Shown: positions 61,660 through 64,000 of the stretch, piece by piece
Layout: every line of letters begins with the position of its first letter
Numbering within the stretch: position 1 is the stretch's first letter
Source of the DNA: Takakia lepidozioides
Lineage: Eukaryota > Plantae > Bryophyta
Direction: 5' to 3'
Assembly (NCBI GenBank): GCA_030704615.1
Contig: CM060732.1
Coordinates: 3,286,001 to 3,350,000, forward strand
Length of the DNA: 64,000 bases
Notes under the pieces: model-generated
Database searches by the model: none
The model's input: only the letters and a program-made list of their open reading frames with translations
What the model was told of the DNA's origin: nothing
Translations under genes and position numbers: made by a program

Positions 61660-64000
61660 TCGGCCCGGAATTTCCAACGTAGAGGTAATTCGAAGCGCAG
61701 CAGAATAGAATTCCGGCGCCGGATTTCCATCCGCCAGGTACGGCGGCGCGCAAAATTTCTGTCATGCAGGTAATTCGGAGAGCAGCAGGATAGAAATTCA
61801 GCGCCGAATTTCCATCCTGCCAGGTAGGGCGTCGCGCGAAATTTCCGTCACGCAAGTAATTCGGAGCCGGATGGATGGAAATCCGTCGCCGGATTTCCAT
61901 CCTGGCAGGTAGGGCGGCGCGTGAAATTTCCGCCACGCAGGTAATTCGGAGCGGATGGGTGGAAATCCGGCGCCGGATTTCCATCCTGCCAGGAAGGGCG
62001 GCGCGCAAAATTTCCGCCACGCAGGTAATTCGGAGCCGGATGGATGGAAATCCGGCGCCGGATTTCCATCCTGTCAGGTAGGGCGGCGCGCGAAATTTCC
62101 GCCACGCAAGTAATTCGGAGCGGATGGATAGAAATCCGGCGCCGGATTTCCATCCGCCAGGTTGGTCGGAGAGCGGATGGATGGAAATTCGGCGCCGAAT
62201 TTCCATCCGGCAGGTAGGGCGACGCGCAAAATTTCCGTCATGCAGGTAATTCGGAGCGGATCAGGATGGAAATTCGGCGCCGAATTTCCATCCTGCAGGT
62301 AATTCGAAGCCCGGATGGATGGAAATCCGGCGCCGAATTTCCATCTAGCAGGTAACTCGGATCGCTGGCGGATGGAAATTCGGCGCCGAATTTCCATTCG
62401 CCAGGTAAGTCAAAGCGCCGAATTACCTTCCTGCAGGTAATTCTGAGCGTGGCCGCTTGGTTTTTCGGAGAAAAACAAACTAAACTGTTAGTTTTGTGGC
62501 TGAAGTCCACTTTTAGACACGTTTTTCATGGAATCCTTGACTGCTACAGGGAATTCCGAACGGCCTCGGACGGAAATTCGGCGCTGTTTTTCCATCCTGG
62601 GAGGTTTTTATATCGTCCAGTTTTGGGCCTCACCACCTGACCGGACTTCCTTTGAGGGGGCCCGGATGGAAATTCGGCGGCGAATTTCCATCCGGGGGAT
62701 GGTCTCTGTCGGACAGGTGCCGGCGTCTCCGCCCGAGGCGACTTCGTCCGGGCGTGCCCTGTTGGATATTCGGTGCCGAATTTCCGTCCGGGGGTTGAAA
62801 TGTGACGGTCAGGTGCCGGCCTCTCCCTTGTCGCGGCCCTTTGCCTCGAGGGCAGGGGGTCGGGACACAAGAGGGGCTGCCCCTGTGGTGGGGGCAGTGG
62901 CAGCGATAGGTATGGGGGGCTGAAGCACCGTTGAGTGTCCAAGGCACTCAAGGAGGCGGAGGCGCTCACTAGGTGGAGCCCCGCACACCGGGTTGCGGTG
63001 GGGGTGGCTCCACAAGGGGTGGTGGTAGCTTAGCGGGACTTAGTGGGGGTGGCATAGGACTCACCCTGTGGCGGAGACCTCGTGGTGGGAGTCGTGGGGA
63101 GTCTTGGGACTCATCACGGTCCATAGGGGCCGTGGTGGGTGGGCCAAGACTCACCGCGACTCATCACCGGGAGTCGAGGGTGTTCGTGGTGGTTCGCCAT
63201 AAAATGGTATGGTTGTTTATGAAACCCCCGCGGACAGCTACAGAAGTATATATAGGGAGTAGTAACCCCGAGAACGGTGCAAGCCCGTTGGTGACCAAAA
63301 ACTAGTGAGTAAGCGAGCGAGCCGGAAAGCGACCAAAGAGTGGGGAGCTGTTCCGGACTGCCAACTACCAAAGGGAATTCCGCTGGTGCCAAATCGTTGG
63401 AGGGTTCTTTCGGAGGACAAAGGGGGGACCGTTATGCCCCGGTGAGCAGCCGAAGCTCCAAGTTGGCCCGGCGGCCAGGTTGGGAGTCATCAAGCGAGTA
63501 TCTATGACTTGAGGGGGGAGGTTACCGAAGTGAGGTGCGCGACATCCCCCCTCCCCGACTGCATCCGAACGGCCCCGGATGAAAATTCGGCGGCGCCGAA
63601 TCTCCATCCAGGGGATGCTCTCTGTCGAACACGCGCCGGCCTCTACGCCCGAGGCGACTTCATCCGGGCTTCCCCTGTTGGATATTCGGTGCCGAATTTC
63701 CGTCCGGGGGTTGAAATGTGACGGCCAGGTGCCGGCCTCTCCCCCCTCCCCGACTGCATCCGAACCGCCCCGCACGGAAATTCGGCGACGTTTTTCCATC
63801 CTGGGAGGTTTTTATATCGTCCAGTTTTGGGTCTCACCACCCGACCGGACTTCCTTTGAGGGGACCCGGATGGAAATTCGGCGCCGAATTTCCATCCAGG
63901 GGATGGTCTCTGTCGGACAGGTGCCGGCCTCTCCGCCCGAGGCGACTTCGTCCAGGCGTGCCCTGTTGGATATTCGGTGCCGAATTTCCGTCCGGGGGTT
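61660..64000. repeat. Palindrome array of MULE copy 2
   Basis: Cores at 61715, 61800, 61885, 61969, 62054, 62138, 62191, 62276, 62329, 62382, 62414, 62580, 62676, 62772, 63592, 63688, 63784, 63880 and 63976. Confidence 0.95.
62829..63544. mobile_element. Solo LTR (716 bp) inserted in the palindrome array
   Basis: Termini TGTCGCG...CGCGACA; 5-bp TSD TCCCT/TCCCC (one mismatch). It interrupts the array unit GGCCTCTCCCCCTCCCCGAC. Confidence 0.82.

Larger units (their letters stand above)
59803..64000. mobile_element. Second copy of the MULE (5' part of the cargo gene on the - strand plus the central palindrome array); runs off the window
   Basis: Colinear with about 37129-40300. ORFs 59955..60602 and 61111..61446 match 37357..38058 and 38339..38662. 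Confidence 0.92.

Overview
Eukaryotic DNA with spliceosomal introns, most likely from a non-seed land plant (PLS-type PPR debris, PHD-bearing Gypsy debris and a Penelope-like element point that way; the species cannot be determined here). There is one intact host gene, a 9-exon TOM1-like (VHS+GAT) gene at 10175-23598 (+). Its introns hold three separate insertions of one RTEX-like LINE, all at TCTC targets. The rest is mostly transposon-derived. The main point of interest is a ~13 kb TIR-bounded Mutator-like (MULE) element at 32138-45223. It carries a WRKY/GCM-like + DDE + SWIM transposase (+) and, divergently, an intron-containing cargo gene (-) with a ParB/Sulfiredoxin-like motif and a beta-class N4C/N6A-type DNA methyltransferase-like domain. 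Three non-coding stretches of the element (between the genes, the cargo's long intron and behind the transposase) are packed with the palindrome GGATGGAAATTCGGCGCCGAATTTCCATCC and its variants, spaced at near-integer helical turns (32/53/63/74/85/95 bp). Further partial copies of this MULE lie at 49641-51272 and 59803-64000, interleaved with nested, partly deleted non-chromovirus Gypsy elements. The TE copies here carry stops, frameshifts or truncations, so all functional statements are inferences about the family.
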